64,000 bases of DNA from Candidatus Eiseniibacteriota bacterium (GTDB lineage: Bacteria > Eisenbacteria > RBG-16-71-46), in assembly GCA_963707915.1 (NCBI GenBank), contig OY970178.1, positions 320,001 through 384,000 of the forward strand, written 5' to 3'. Every line of letters starts with the position of its first letter. Position 1 is the first letter of the stretch. This document shows, piece after piece, positions 17,654 through 29,425 of this stretch. The notes beneath the pieces were generated by a model. The model was given only the letters and a program-made list of their open reading frames with translations, ran no database searches and had not been told where the DNA came from. Both the position numbers and the translations under genes were made by a program.

Positions 17654-18288
17654 AGCTCCTGGTCACCCTCGCGCTGCTCGCGGCCACGGCCGCGTACGTG
17701 GTGCTGCACCCGCCCCCCGACCTCGCGGTGGGACGCGGTGCGCTGGCCACCTGCCCCGTGGTCTTCGGCGGCTGGAACGGCACGGAGCTCTCGTTCGAGG
17801 ACGCGGTGCTCGAGGAGCTGAAGGCCGACGACGTGCTGGTGCGACGCTACGTCCTCGGGGACGAGGTGGCCTGGCTCACCATCGTCTATCACCGGAACCG
17901 CCGCTACGGTGCGCACGATCCCCGGGTGTGCTACGAGTCGCAGGGCTACGTCGTGGAGCCGCGGGGCCTTCGCACCATCCCGGGCGCCGGACCCGCCGGT
18001 CTGCGGGTCAGCGTGTTTCGCGCGGTCCGCCCGCGCGAGCAGCGGCTGGTGTATTACTGGTGGACGACGAGCGGCCTGGCGACGGCCGATGTCTCCGCGC
18101 TGCGGGAGCGCATGGCCCTGGCGGGCGCGCTCGACAACCGCTCGTGGGGGGCGTTCGTGAGGATCGAGATGCGGATGGGGAACCGGGGCGAGGCGGGGAG
18201 CGCGGCGGCGCTCGACGACTTCGCCGCGCGCGTCGCGCGGGCGCTGCCGGGCGTGTTCGCCGCGGCGGAACGGAGGCCGGGGCCGTGA
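17650..18288 (+). CDS. EpsI family exosortase-associated protein
   Basis: HDPRVCYESQG and LVYYWW motifs, directly after the exosortase. Confidence 0.88.
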   Translation: MKLLVTLALLAATAAYVVLHPPPDLAVGRGALATCPVVFGGWNGTELSFEDAVLEELKADDVLVRRYVLGDEVAWLTIVYHRNRRYGAHDPRVCYESQGYVVEPRGLRTIPGAGPAGLRVSVFRAVRPREQRLVYYWWTTSGLATADVSALRERMALAGALDNRSWGAFVRIEMRMGNRGEAGSAAALDDFAARVARALPGVFAAAERRPGP

Positions 18289-19130
18289 GGATGCTCGAGC
18301 AGTTGACGCTGGCGGGGCAGGCGCTGTGGCTCTCGTTGCGCGAGTCGCGGGCCGGCCGCCTGTGGGGCCCGTGGCTCGTGCTCGGCACGCTGCAGTGCGC
18401 GGTGCTGGCGGCGCTCCTGGGCTTCGCGCATCCCCTGCTCGCCGGGACGGTCGCCCCGTTCGTGCGGGCGGTCGCCGGCGAGCCGGCGCTCCACTACCCC
18501 GGCTTCTTCCGGGCGCTGCCGTTCCTCTACTCGCGCGTGGACCTGGTCCTCGGCTCGCTGGTCGGCGCGGTCGCGACGGGCTGGAGCACCCGGCTCTTCG
18601 CCGCGCGCTGGCGCCGGGAGACGCTGGCGGCCGGTGAAGCGTGGCGGGAGACCGCGCCGCGGGCGCTGACACTGGTGCTGGCGCAGTTGCCCTTCCAGTT
18701 GCTGGTGCTGGGCTTCACGGGCCTGCTCGACCTGGCCCTGGCCGGCCGGGGCGGGCTCGCGCGCGCCCTCGGATACGCCGTGACCATGGCGGGCACGGCC
18801 GGGCTGCAGGCGCTCTTCCTCTACCTTCCGTGCCTGATCGTGCTCGAGCGGCGCGGGCTGGGGCAGGCGCTCGCGGGCCTGCCGAGGGCGTGGGCCCGCG
18901 GCTTCTGGGCGGCCCTGCTGCTCGGGCTGGTCACCCTGCTGCCGCTCCTGCCGTTCGATGCGCTGTGGCAGAGGAGCGGCCTGCTGGTGGATCGCGGGAC
19001 CCCGGAGCTGGTCGCCTGGGTCACGGCGGTGCGGCTGTTCGTCGGTCTTGCGGTGTCGTTCCTGCTGGCCGGGAGCTCGACGCTGGCCTACCTCGGTGCG
19101 GTGGCCGACGAGCCCGGGGAGGAAGCATGA
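18285..19130 (+). CDS. Hypothetical multi-pass membrane protein
   Basis: About 6 hydrophobic segments, overlaps at both ends (GTGA, ATGA). Alternative ATG at 18291. Confidence 0.75.
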   Translation: MRMLEQLTLAGQALWLSLRESRAGRLWGPWLVLGTLQCAVLAALLGFAHPLLAGTVAPFVRAVAGEPALHYPGFFRALPFLYSRVDLVLGSLVGAVATGWSTRLFAARWRRETLAAGEAWRETAPRALTLVLAQLPFQLLVLGFTGLLDLALAGRGGLARALGYAVTMAGTAGLQALFLYLPCLIVLERRGLGQALAGLPRAWARGFWAALLLGLVTLLPLLPFDALWQRSGLLVDRGTPELVAWVTAVRLFVGLAVSFLLAGSSTLAYLGAVADEPGEEA

Positions 19131-20656
19131 GCGCGAGGGCGTCCCGGGTGGGGGGGCGGGGCCGGCTGGCCGTCGTGATCGCCCTGGCACTGCTGGCCGC
19201 GGGCTGTGGCGAGGTCGGGCTGTGGGCGCGCTGGCGCGCGGAGCGCGGGGCCTGGCGCGCGGAACGCGCGGTCGGGAGGATCGAGATCAATCCCCAACTG
19301 GCGGCCCCCGCCGACTGGGCGCGGGCGGAAGCGGCGTGCCGCTCGGTCACGCGGCGCTTCCCGGCGGAGGCCTGGGCGGAGCGGGCGCGTGCCGGCGACC
19401 GCATGGCCTTCGACGTGCTGGAGGCGTCGGGACGCGCCGCGCTGTTGCGCGGCCGGCTGGCGGAGCTGCAGGAGCGCTTCGACCCGGCCGTGACGGAGTA
19501 CGACCGCGTGCGCCGTGACTACGCGGCGGTCCCGGCCGTCTCGCTCCGTGCGGCGGTGGCCCGGGCGGAGTTGCTGGCGGGCTCGGGACGTGCGGCGGAC
19601 GCGGAGGCGGCCTGGGTCGCCATCGCTCGGGACTACCCGGCGGCCGATCCGCGCGCCGGCACGGTCTTCGACGCGGTGCTGGACGCGCCGATGCGCGTGG
19701 CCCGCGAACGGCGCGCGCGCGGCGACGCGGGCGGCGCGGACTCGCTGTCGCGCGCGGCCGAGGCCGCCTGCCTGCGCTTGTTGGCCACGCGCCGCGGACA
19801 ACCGGCGGCACCGGCGCTCTGGGTGCGGGTCAGCGAGGCCCGCTCGGCCCGCGGGGACGCGCCGGGCGCGCGCGCCGCGCTCCGGAACGCGCTCGCCGGC
19901 CCGGCGACCGCGCTGACCCCGCGGCTGGTGCTGGCGCTGGCCCGCCAGGCGCTCTCGAGTGCGCTGCCCGACACGGCGCTGGCCTACGCGGCGTGGGCGG
20001 CGCGCGACTTCGCCGGCGTCGAGCGCCCGGCGTCCCTGCTGGTGGCCGCCGAGGCCTGGCGGGCGCGCGGCGTCCCGGACTCGGCGCTGCGGACCTACGA
20101 GGCACTGCTCCAGGAGGCGCCCGACGCGCCGGACGCGTTGGCGGAGGCCCGCTTCGGCCGCGCGCGACTCCTCGAGGACCTGGGCCGTTGGGACCAGGCC
20201 CGCGGGGAGTATCATGCGCTGATCAGCGCCATGCCGACACATCCGCGGGCCTTCGAGTCCATGGTGCGCGTGGTCCGCTACCACCTCGGGCAGGGGGAGC
20301 GCGAACTGGGACTCACGGAAGCGCGGCACGCGCTGGCCACGCTGGACGCGTTGATCGCCAGCCATCAGGATGACGACGTGCAGGTCCGGGCGGGCGAGGT
20401 CCGCGCGCGCCTGCTGTTCGAGACCGGCGACACCCGCGGCGGCTGCGGCGCGCTCGGCGCGCTCCTGCGGCGGTACCCGGAAGCGGAGCTCGACGCCGGG
20501 TTGCTGGCGAGAGCGGGAGAGGATGCGGAGACGAAATTGAACGACGCCGACCTGGCGACGGCGCTGTACCGGGCGGCCGCCGCCCGGTCGGTGGACCCCG
20601 GCCTGCGCCGCCGGGTCCTCGACGCCGTGGATCGCCGGGCCGGCGCGCACCGATAG
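19127..20656 (+). CDS. TPR-repeat lipoprotein (possible PrsT counterpart)
   Basis: Lipobox LAAGC and Ala-rich helical repeats (AEARFGRARLLEDLGRWDQA). Confidence 0.75.
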   Translation: MSARASRVGGRGRLAVVIALALLAAGCGEVGLWARWRAERGAWRAERAVGRIEINPQLAAPADWARAEAACRSVTRRFPAEAWAERARAGDRMAFDVLEASGRAALLRGRLAELQERFDPAVTEYDRVRRDYAAVPAVSLRAAVARAELLAGSGRAADAEAAWVAIARDYPAADPRAGTVFDAVLDAPMRVARERRARGDAGGADSLSRAAEAACLRLLATRRGQPAAPALWVRVSEARSARGDAPGARAALRNALAGPATALTPRLVLALARQALSSALPDTALAYAAWAARDFAGVERPASLLVAAEAWRARGVPDSALRTYEALLQEAPDAPDALAEARFGRARLLEDLGRWDQARGEYHALISAMPTHPRAFESMVRVVRYHLGQGERELGLTEARHALATLDALIASHQDDDVQVRAGEVRARLLFETGDTRGGCGALGALLRRYPEAELDAGLLARAGEDAETKLNDADLATALYRAAAARSVDPGLRRRVLDAVDRRAGAHR

Positions 20657-20667
20657 GAGGACACGAC

Positions 20668-22844
20668 TTGGACCTGACGTACCTGCCGCTCCAGAGCAGC
20701 CTCGTCACCGCGAGCGCGCTGCTCGCCGCGATGATCGGGTTGCTCGCCCTGTTGCGACGCGGGCACTGGCTGGTCACCCTGCTCTTCTCGTCGGCGTTCC
20801 TCAGCATGGCGGCGTTCCAGGCCGGCACGCTCGGCATCGTGCACTCCGACTCCGCCCTCGGGGCGCGCACCTGGGCCACCTACCTGGCGCAGGTCTCGGC
20901 GCTGGCGTCCTGGCTCTGGCTCGCGCTCAGCGTGGTGCTGGCCCGGCCCGACCCGTGGAAGCAGGTCCGCCAGGCGGGGGCCTACCTAACGCTCGCGCTG
21001 GTGGGCTGCGCGATCCTGTGGGCCGTCGCCGGCACGCCCTGGGTGGTCCGCGACGTGATCGGTGCGCGCGGCGAAGCGGTGATCCGTTTCGGCCCGATGG
21101 GCAAGATCTACCTCATGTACCTGGTGGTCGTGATGGTGGCGGTGCTCATGAACCTCGAGCGCATGCTGCGCATCGCCCCGGCCACCGTGCAGTCGTGGCT
21201 GCGTCCGCTGTTCGTCGCGTTCCTGGTGGGCATCCTGAGCGAGGTGCTGCTGGTCTCGGGCGGGTTGCTGTTCAGCGGCCTGTGGGTGTCGTGGCTGGCG
21301 GCGAGCGCGATGCCCATGTTCGTGGCGGGAACGGTCACCGCCCTGGCGCTGGCGCGGCGGCGCCTCTCGGACATGAGCGTGCCGGTGGCGCGGCCGGTGA
21401 TCTACTACTCCTCGGTCTCGCTCACCCTGGCCGGCTCCTTCCTCCTGCTGATGGCGGTGCTGGCCAACGTCGTCCCGGTGCTCTCGCCGGACGCCAAGCG
21501 CGGCGTGAGCCTCGCCTTCTACCTGCTGGCCGGCGGCGGCGGACTGTTGCTGACGCTGAGCCCGCGCGCCAACCGCGCGGTGAAGCGCTTCGTCGACCGC
21601 AACTTCTACGCCAACCGGTACGACTACCGGCGCGAGTGGGAGCGCGTGAGCGCGGGCATCGTGCCGACCGCCCGGCCGGACGACGTCGCGCGCCAGATGG
21701 AGGTGATGGTGTGCTCCATCTTCGGGGCCGAGCGGGCCGCGGTCTACGTGCGCGACGAGCGCATGGCCGGGCGGCCCGGCGCCGCCGCCCCGTTCCGCCG
21801 GCTGCACGGCCCGGCCGCCATGCCGGCGGTGATCGATCCCGGCAACGCGTTGGTGTGCGAGCTGGAGCGCACGGGCCGGCCGGTGGTGTTCCGCGAGGTG
21901 CGGCGGGACCTGGACCTCATCCCCATCGCGGTCGAGAACCGCCCGGCCATCCAGGTGATGGCGGCCGCGGTGTGTGCCCCGCTGCGGGCCGGCGAGAACA
22001 TCGTGGGGCTCCTGTGGCTCTCCGAGAAGCGCGATCACGAGGCGTACAGCTACGAGGACGCCGAGTTCCTCGGCGCGCTGACCCGCCAGCTGGGCGCGGC
22101 CCTGTGGTTCGCGCGGCTGGCGGAGCAGCTGGCCGAGACGCGGCAGCTCGAGTCGCTGAACCGGCTCTCGAGCTATGTGCTCCACGACATCAAGAACCAG
22201 GTCTCGGGCCTCTCGCTCGTGGTGCAGAACGCGCGCCGCTTCATGGACAACGCGGAGTTCCAGCGCGACGTGCTGAAGACCGTCGAGGGGACCGTGACGA
22301 GCCTCACGCAGCTCATGAACCAGGTGGCGGGGATGGCGCGCCCCGGCGAGCTGACGCTGGCGCCCTGCGACCTCAAGGGCCTGCTGGAGGAGGCGGTCGC
22401 GGCGAGCGGGTTGAGCGGGGCCGGGTCGACCGCAGCGGACGTGCGGTTCCGGCTCCACTGCGGCGGGCCCGGGACGGTCGCACTCGACCGCCGGCTCACG
22501 TTGCGCGTGCTCGTCAACCTGCTCACCAACGCGCGCGAGTCGCTCGGCGGGCCCGGCGAGATCGAGCTGACCTCCGCGCTCGAGTCGGACGGTGCCGGCG
22601 CGCCGAGCCTCCTGCTCCGCGTGCGCGACACCGGGCGCGGGATGAGCGAGGAATTCGTCCGCACGTCCCTGTTCCGCCCGTTCGCCACCACCAAGTCCGC
22701 CGGGCTGGGCGTGGGTCTCAGCCAGTGCCGGAACATCGTCGAGGCCCTGGGAGGGACCATCACGGTCGAGAGCCGCCCGGGCGCGGGCACGACGTTCGAC
22801 GTGCACCTGCCGCTCCCCGCCGCGGAGAGCGCGGAGACGCCCGT

Positions 22845-22848
<4 letters not shown>
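20668..22848 (+). CDS. prsK: PEP-CTERM system sensor histidine kinase
   Basis: Multi-TM N-terminus, signature RNFYANRYDYRREW, GAF domain, H-box HDIKN, DTGRGM, GLGVGL. AGGAGG SD before TTG. Confidence 0.88.
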
Positions 22849-24283
<1,435 letters not shown>

Positions 24284-24287
<4 letters not shown>

Positions 24288-24931
24288 GCCCGGGCTACTT
24301 CCTCGCCATCGCCGGGAACATCGGGGTCGGCAAGACCGAGCTCACCACGCGGCTCAGCGCGGAGCTGGGCTGGATGGCGTACTACGAGCCGGTCATCCAG
24401 AACCCCTACCTCGACGACTTCTACGCCGACATGTCGCGCTGGAGCTTCCACCTGCAGATCTACTTCCTGAGCGAGCGCTTCAAGGCCCAGGTGCAGATCG
24501 GCGCCAGCCCGCTGCCGTTCATCCAGGACCGCACCATCTACGAGGACGCCGAGATCTTCGCCCGGGTGCTGCACGACCAGGGCTCGATGACGGCGGTGGA
24601 CTACCGCAACTACACGTCGCTGTTCCACGTGCTGGTGGGCTTCCTGCGCAAGCCGGACCTCATCGTCTACCTGAAGGCGAGCCCCGAGGTGCTGATGGGA
24701 CGCATCGCGCGCCGCGGGCGTGCCAGCGAACAGAGCATCGGCATCGACTACATCGCCCGGTTGAACGACGCCTACGACGACTGGATGCGGCGCGCCCGCG
24801 CCGAGACGGAGGTGCTGGAGATCGACACCGACAGCGTGCCGCTCCAGGGCGAGACCGAGGCCTTCGAACAGCTGGTGAACGCCCTGAAGGCCCGCTACCC
24901 GCGCCAGGCCATGCTGGACCTGGGGGAGTAG
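24284..24931 (+). CDS. Deoxynucleoside kinase
   Basis: GNIGVGKT, EPV, QDRTIYED, RIARRGR. Confidence 0.92.
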
Positions 24932-24972
24932 CGGGGGGTGGGAGCGGCGAGCGCCCCGAGCGCCGCCTTCGA

Positions 24973-27846
24973 TCAGCCGCCCGGCCGCTTCCCCGTCGCC
25001 TCCAGCGCCGCCACGCACCGCCCGCACAGGCCGGCGCGCTCGCCCTCGGCCGCGACGTCCGCCCGGCGCATCCAGCAGCGCTCGCACTTCGCGAGCCCGG
25101 TCTGGCGCACGGCGACCTCGAGCTCGAGGCCGGCTCCGTCACCGCCCGCGGCGGCGGCCGCCGCCGGTCCTTCCGCCAGCTCGGCCCGCGCCACGATCAG
25201 GAACGCGGCCAGCTCGGCATCGTAACCGCGCAGCCGGGCGATCACCCCGGGCGCGGCGGTGAGCGTCACCTCGGCATCCGCCGGCGAGGCCAGCGTCTTC
25301 GCCGCGCGCAGCGGCTCGAGCGCGGCGTTCACCGCGTCGCGCACCGCGTGCAGGAATTCCCACTCCTCGTCGGAGGCCGCGGGCGGCTCCGGCCAGCGCG
25401 CGAGATGTACGCTCTCGCACTCGGCCAGCAGGGCGGGGTGGTGCTGCCAGACCTCCTCGGCGGTGAAGGCGAGCGCCGGGGAGGCGGCGATGGCCAGGTC
25501 GTGCAGCGCCTGCCAGAGCACGGTCTGCGCCGAGCGCCGTTTCGGATCGTCCGGCGCCAGGGTGTAGAGGCGGTCCTTCGCCACGTCGAGGAAGACCGCG
25601 GAGAGGTCCACCGTGCAGAACCCGAGCAGCAGGTCGAGCGCGCGGTGGAACTGCAGCGCCTGCCAGGCCTCGCGCACCCGCCCCAGCCGCGCGGTGAGCG
25701 CGTCGCTGAAGGCCCGGTCCACGGCGGTGAGGCGCTCGCGCGGCAGGGCCTGCGCGGGGGAGAAGTCCCCGAGGTTGCCGAGCAGGAAGCGGAAGGTGTT
25801 CCGCACCTTCCGGTAGGCGTCGGCGGCGCGCTCGAGGATCTCGTCGCTGACCCGCACGTCGGTGCGCCAGTCCGTGGCCAGTGCCCACCAGCGCACGATC
25901 TCGGCGCCGTGCTTCTTCACCACTTCGCGGGGCAGGATGACGTTGCCCAGCGACTTGTGCATGGCGCGGCCCTCGCCGTCCAGCACCCAGCCGTGGGTGC
26001 ACACGTCGGTGTAGGGCGGCAGGCCGGTGGTGCCGACGGCAACCATCAACGAGGAGTTGAACCAGCCGCGGTGCTGGTCGGGTCCCTCGAAGAACACGAT
26101 CCGATCGTCGGGTCCTTTCCGGTCTAGCCGCACCGCTTGGCTTGCACGAGTCCACGCCGCATCGAGCGCGGGGTGCGTGGCGCGTGCCGCGCGGTGGGTC
26201 GAGCCCGAGTCGAACCACACATCGAGGATGTCGGTCTCGCGGCGGAACGGGCCGGTTGCGCCGCACTTCGGGCACTTGAGGGCGGGCGGCAGGAACTCCT
26301 CGACCGGGCGCTCGTACCAGGCGTCCGAGCCGTGCGCGCGGGTCTGTTCGACCGCGCGGCGCATCACGCCCTCGTCGAGGATGGGCTCGCCGCAGGCCTC
26401 GCAGTAGACGGCGGGGATGCCCACGCCCCAGGAGCGCTGGCGCGATAGGCACCAGTCGGGCCGACCGCGCACGGACTCGCGGATGCGGTTCTGCGATGAC
26501 GGCGGGTCCCAGTTCACGAACTCAATTGCCACCAGTGACCGTTCGCGATGAGACGGATGGGGAGGCGGCCCGGTGGGGTCCCGATGGTCGATGATCATGA
26601 ACCACTGGTCGGTGGCGCGGAAGATCACCGGCTGGCGGCAGCGCCAGCAGTGCGGGTAGGAGTGGACGAACGAAGCGGCGGCGAGCAGCCGGCCGCGGTC
26701 CTTCAGCCACGCGATGATGTCGGCGTTCACGTCGAGCACGCTGCGGCCCACGAAGGGCTCCGCTCCCTCGAGGAAGCGGCCGCCTTCGTCCACCGGGCAG
26801 GCCACCTCGAGGCCCTCGCGCTGGCCGACGGCGAAGTCCTCCTTGCCGTGGCCGGGCGCGGTGTGCACCAGCCCGGTACCGTCCTCGAGGTTGACGAACG
26901 GCATCCCGTCGACGACGCGGGAATCGCGCCCCCAGGGGTTCTCGAAGATGCCGCCCACCAGGTCGCGCCCGCGCACCCGCCCGTCGACCTGCGGGTCGTC
27001 CCAGCCCACGGCCTTCGCCACCGCCTCGAGCCGGGCGGCGGCCAGCAGCCAGTGACGGTCCGCCGCACGGACCACGGCGTAGTCGGCGTCGGGGTCCACC
27101 ATGAGGCCCACGTTCGCGGGCAGGGTCCAGGGAGTGGTGGTCCATGCCACGGCCGCGATCCCGGGCCACGCGGCGAGCGCGCCGCGCGGGTCGGAGCGCA
27201 GGGGGAACGGCACGTAGATCGAGGGCGACGGATCGTCCTGGTACTCGATCTCGGCCTCGGCCAGCGCGGTCTTGTCGGTCGGGCACCAGTGGATCGAACG
27301 CAGGCCGCGCTGGATGAAGCCGCGCGCCGCGAGGCCGGCGAAGGCCTCGAGGATCGCGGCCTCGAAGTTGGTGTCCATGGTCAGGTAGGGGTGCTCCCAT
27401 TCCCCCCAGCCACCGAGGCGTTCGAACTCCTCGCGCTGCACGCCGACCCACTCTGCGGCGTACTCGCGGCAGCGGCGCCGCAGCGCGATGCGGTCGGGCT
27501 GGAGCCGTTTCTCGCGGAACTCGCTCGCCACGCGCGTCTCGATCGGCATGCCATGGTTGTCCCAGCCGGGCACGTAGGGCGAGTCCCAGCCCATGAGCGA
27601 CGCCTGGCGCACCGCGGCGTCCTTCCAGATCTTGTTGGCGGCCGTCCCCATGTGGAGGTGGCCGTTGGAGTACGGGGGGCCGTCGTGCAGCAGCCACACG
27701 GGCCGCCCGGCCCGCGCCGCGCGCAGCTTGCGGTAGAGGTCGCGTTCCTTCCACCAGGCCAGGCGCTCCGGTTCGCGCTTGAGCAGGTCGGCCTTCATCG
27801 GGAAGTCCGTCCGCGGCAGGTTCAGCGTGTCGCGATAGCCGGCCAT
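24973..27846 (-). CDS. ileS: Isoleucyl-tRNA synthetase (type 1, C-terminal zinc finger)
   Basis: YRDTLNLPRTDFPMKA, HDGPPY, WTTTPWTLP, GTGLVHTAPGHG, DWCLSRQR, KCERCW..LCGRC. GGAGGA SD before ATG 27846. Confidence 0.97.
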   Translation of the reverse strand: MAGYRDTLNLPRTDFPMKADLLKREPERLAWWKERDLYRKLRAARAGRPVWLLHDGPPYSNGHLHMGTAANKIWKDAAVRQASLMGWDSPYVPGWDNHGMPIETRVASEFREKRLQPDRIALRRRCREYAAEWVGVQREEFERLGGWGEWEHPYLTMDTNFEAAILEAFAGLAARGFIQRGLRSIHWCPTDKTALAEAEIEYQDDPSPSIYVPFPLRSDPRGALAAWPGIAAVAWTTTPWTLPANVGLMVDPDADYAVVRAADRHWLLAAARLEAVAKAVGWDDPQVDGRVRGRDLVGGIFENPWGRDSRVVDGMPFVNLEDGTGLVHTAPGHGKEDFAVGQREGLEVACPVDEGGRFLEGAEPFVGRSVLDVNADIIAWLKDRGRLLAAASFVHSYPHCWRCRQPVIFRATDQWFMIIDHRDPTGPPPHPSHRERSLVAIEFVNWDPPSSQNRIRESVRGRPDWCLSRQRSWGVGIPAVYCEACGEPILDEGVMRRAVEQTRAHGSDAWYERPVEEFLPPALKCPKCGATGPFRRETDILDVWFDSGSTHRAARATHPALDAAWTRASQAVRLDRKGPDDRIVFFEGPDQHRGWFNSSLMVAVGTTGLPPYTDVCTHGWVLDGEGRAMHKSLGNVILPREVVKKHGAEIVRWWALATDWRTDVRVSDEILERAADAYRKVRNTFRFLLGNLGDFSPAQALPRERLTAVDRAFSDALTARLGRVREAWQALQFHRALDLLLGFCTVDLSAVFLDVAKDRLYTLAPDDPKRRSAQTVLWQALHDLAIAASPALAFTAEEVWQHHPALLAECESVHLARWPEPPAASDEEWEFLHAVRDAVNAALEPLRAAKTLASPADAEVTLTAAPGVIARLRGYDAELAAFLIVARAELAEGPAAAAAAGGDGAGLELEVAVRQTGLAKCERCWMRRADVAAEGERAGLCGRCVAALEATGKRPGG

Positions 27847-27874
27847 CGATTCCTCCAACGTGACGAACGGACTG

Positions 27875-28164
27875 CAAAAGCAAGCGCCCCGACGCCTGGG
27901 CGTCGGGGCGGACGGGGCCGCGGTGCCACCCGACTTCGCGCGGGCCTCGCAGCCGGCGCCTCGGGAGCCATCGTGGATGGCTCCAGCCCACTGACGCGGG
28001 GCAGGCGGCCGAGCCTAGCGGGGGGCGCCGCTGGGATCCCGCGGTGGCGCCCGCCGTTCGGTCGGCGGCTCGGGGGTGATCTTCGACGCGCGCGTGGGTG
28101 CCGGGCTCACACCGTCCCCGACTCGCTGGTACGCGCCGCGCGCCTACTCGTCCCCGTCATGGCC
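27875..28164 (-). ncRNA. Ile T-box riboswitch (transcriptional attenuator) upstream of ileS
   Basis: Minus strand: stem I with ATGACGGGGACGAGTAG, CAGCGAG and GGTGTGAG; specifier GAAG-ATC-A (28078-28080); T-box AAGTCGGGTGGCACCGCG (27919-27936); terminator hairpin 27885-27910 followed by CTTGCTTTT. Confidence 0.92.
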
Positions 28165-28243
28165 TCTGACGTCGGGACGTTGACATGGCCGCCGCCCGGG
28201 GTCAAGCGCGGGGCGCCGGCGCGCGGGACCGGCGCCCGCGCGT

Positions 28244-29425
28244 TCAGCGCGGCCGTTCCCCGGGCGCGGAAGCCGGTGGCGGAACGCTCGCCGAGAGGTC
28301 GGCCAGCAGCAGGCAGGCGTCCGCCAGCGTGGGCGGATCCTTGCTGTACAGGCCGTCGAGATCCTTCGCGGGGTTCTCGAGGCCGAACCGCTGCCGGCAG
28401 GCCCGGCGATGGAGCGCCGCCTCGAGCGGGGCGGGGGGCAGGTTGGCGCCGAACGCGGCCAGCGCCACGAGGTCGCGGCGCAGGTCGCGCCAGGTGGCGG
28501 GCCGACGCAGCGCGGCGTGCTCGCGCATGGGTAGCAGGCCCGCGTCCACCAGCGTCTCGCGCAGCGAGCCGGCGTCGGCGGGGAGGTCCGGCAGCGGAAG
28601 CCGCGCCGCGCGTGCCAGGAGGAGTTGCCAGGTCGCGCGCTCCAGCGGCTCGTCCCCCCGGGACTCGCGCCCGATCAGGCCGGCGCGTTCGGCCCACTCG
28701 AGGTAGGGCCCGGTCGTGCCGGTGTCGGCGCGATGGGCCGGCAGCCGCTGCTCCAGGAAGGGCAGCGGGTCCATGGCAGCCTCGTTCTCCCAGCGCGCGG
28801 CGGGGTCACGGGTCTGGCGCACCTCGAAATGCAGGTGGTCGGTGGTGGCGCGCCCGCTGTGGCCGACCTCGCCCAGCGGTTCGCCGGCCCACACGGCCTG
28901 GCTCTGCCGGACGCGGGTCGAGCTGTTGCGCAGGTGCGCATACACGCTGTAGGCGATGTCGCCGTCGGGGGTGCGGTGGGCCAGCACGACGTGGCAGCCG
29001 AAGCCGCTGCCGTCCGGGCGATCGTGGACGACCACCACGAGACCGTTGGCCGCGGCGCGCACGACGTCGCCCCCGCGGCCGTTGGCCAGGTCGGCGCCGA
29101 AGTGGACGTCGCCGGTGATCGCGAAGCCGCGCAACAGTTGCCACGCCGGCTCGCCGGCGGGAGAGGGCTGGGTGAAGTCGCTGGCGGCCCCGAGCGGCCA
29201 CGTCCACGCGCCGGCCCACGGCCAGCGCGAGATCGTGCCGTCATCGAGCGGAAGCAACCCGCCGAGCAGCACCGGGGGCTCCTGGGAGGATGGGTCGGGC
29301 AGGGCACGCTCCCTGGCGGCCGGCCCCGCGTGGGCCGCCAGCGCCACCAGCGCCGCCAGCGCCGCGAGCCCCAGGAGGGTCGCACCGGCGCGGCGGTGGA
29401 GGCGGGACGACCGGGGGGGCTTCAG
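28244..29425 (-). CDS. M23 family peptidase with signal peptide (start codon uncertain)
   Basis: HFGAD, YAHL, HLHFEVR motifs and an N-terminal hydrophobic stretch. Confidence 0.85.
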   Translation of the reverse strand: MKPPRSSRLHRRAGATLLGLAALAALVALAAHAGPAARERALPDPSSQEPPVLLGGLLPLDDGTISRWPWAGAWTWPLGAASDFTQPSPAGEPAWQLLRGFAITGDVHFGADLANGRGGDVVRAAANGLVVVVHDRPDGSGFGCHVVLAHRTPDGDIAYSVYAHLRNSSTRVRQSQAVWAGEPLGEVGHSGRATTDHLHFEVRQTRDPAARWENEAAMDPLPFLEQRLPAHRADTGTTGPYLEWAERAGLIGRESRGDEPLERATWQLLLARAARLPLPDLPADAGSLRETLVDAGLLPMREHAALRRPATWRDLRRDLVALAAFGANLPPAPLEAALHRRACRQRFGLENPAKDLDGLYSKDPPTLADACLLLADLSASVPPPASAPGERPR

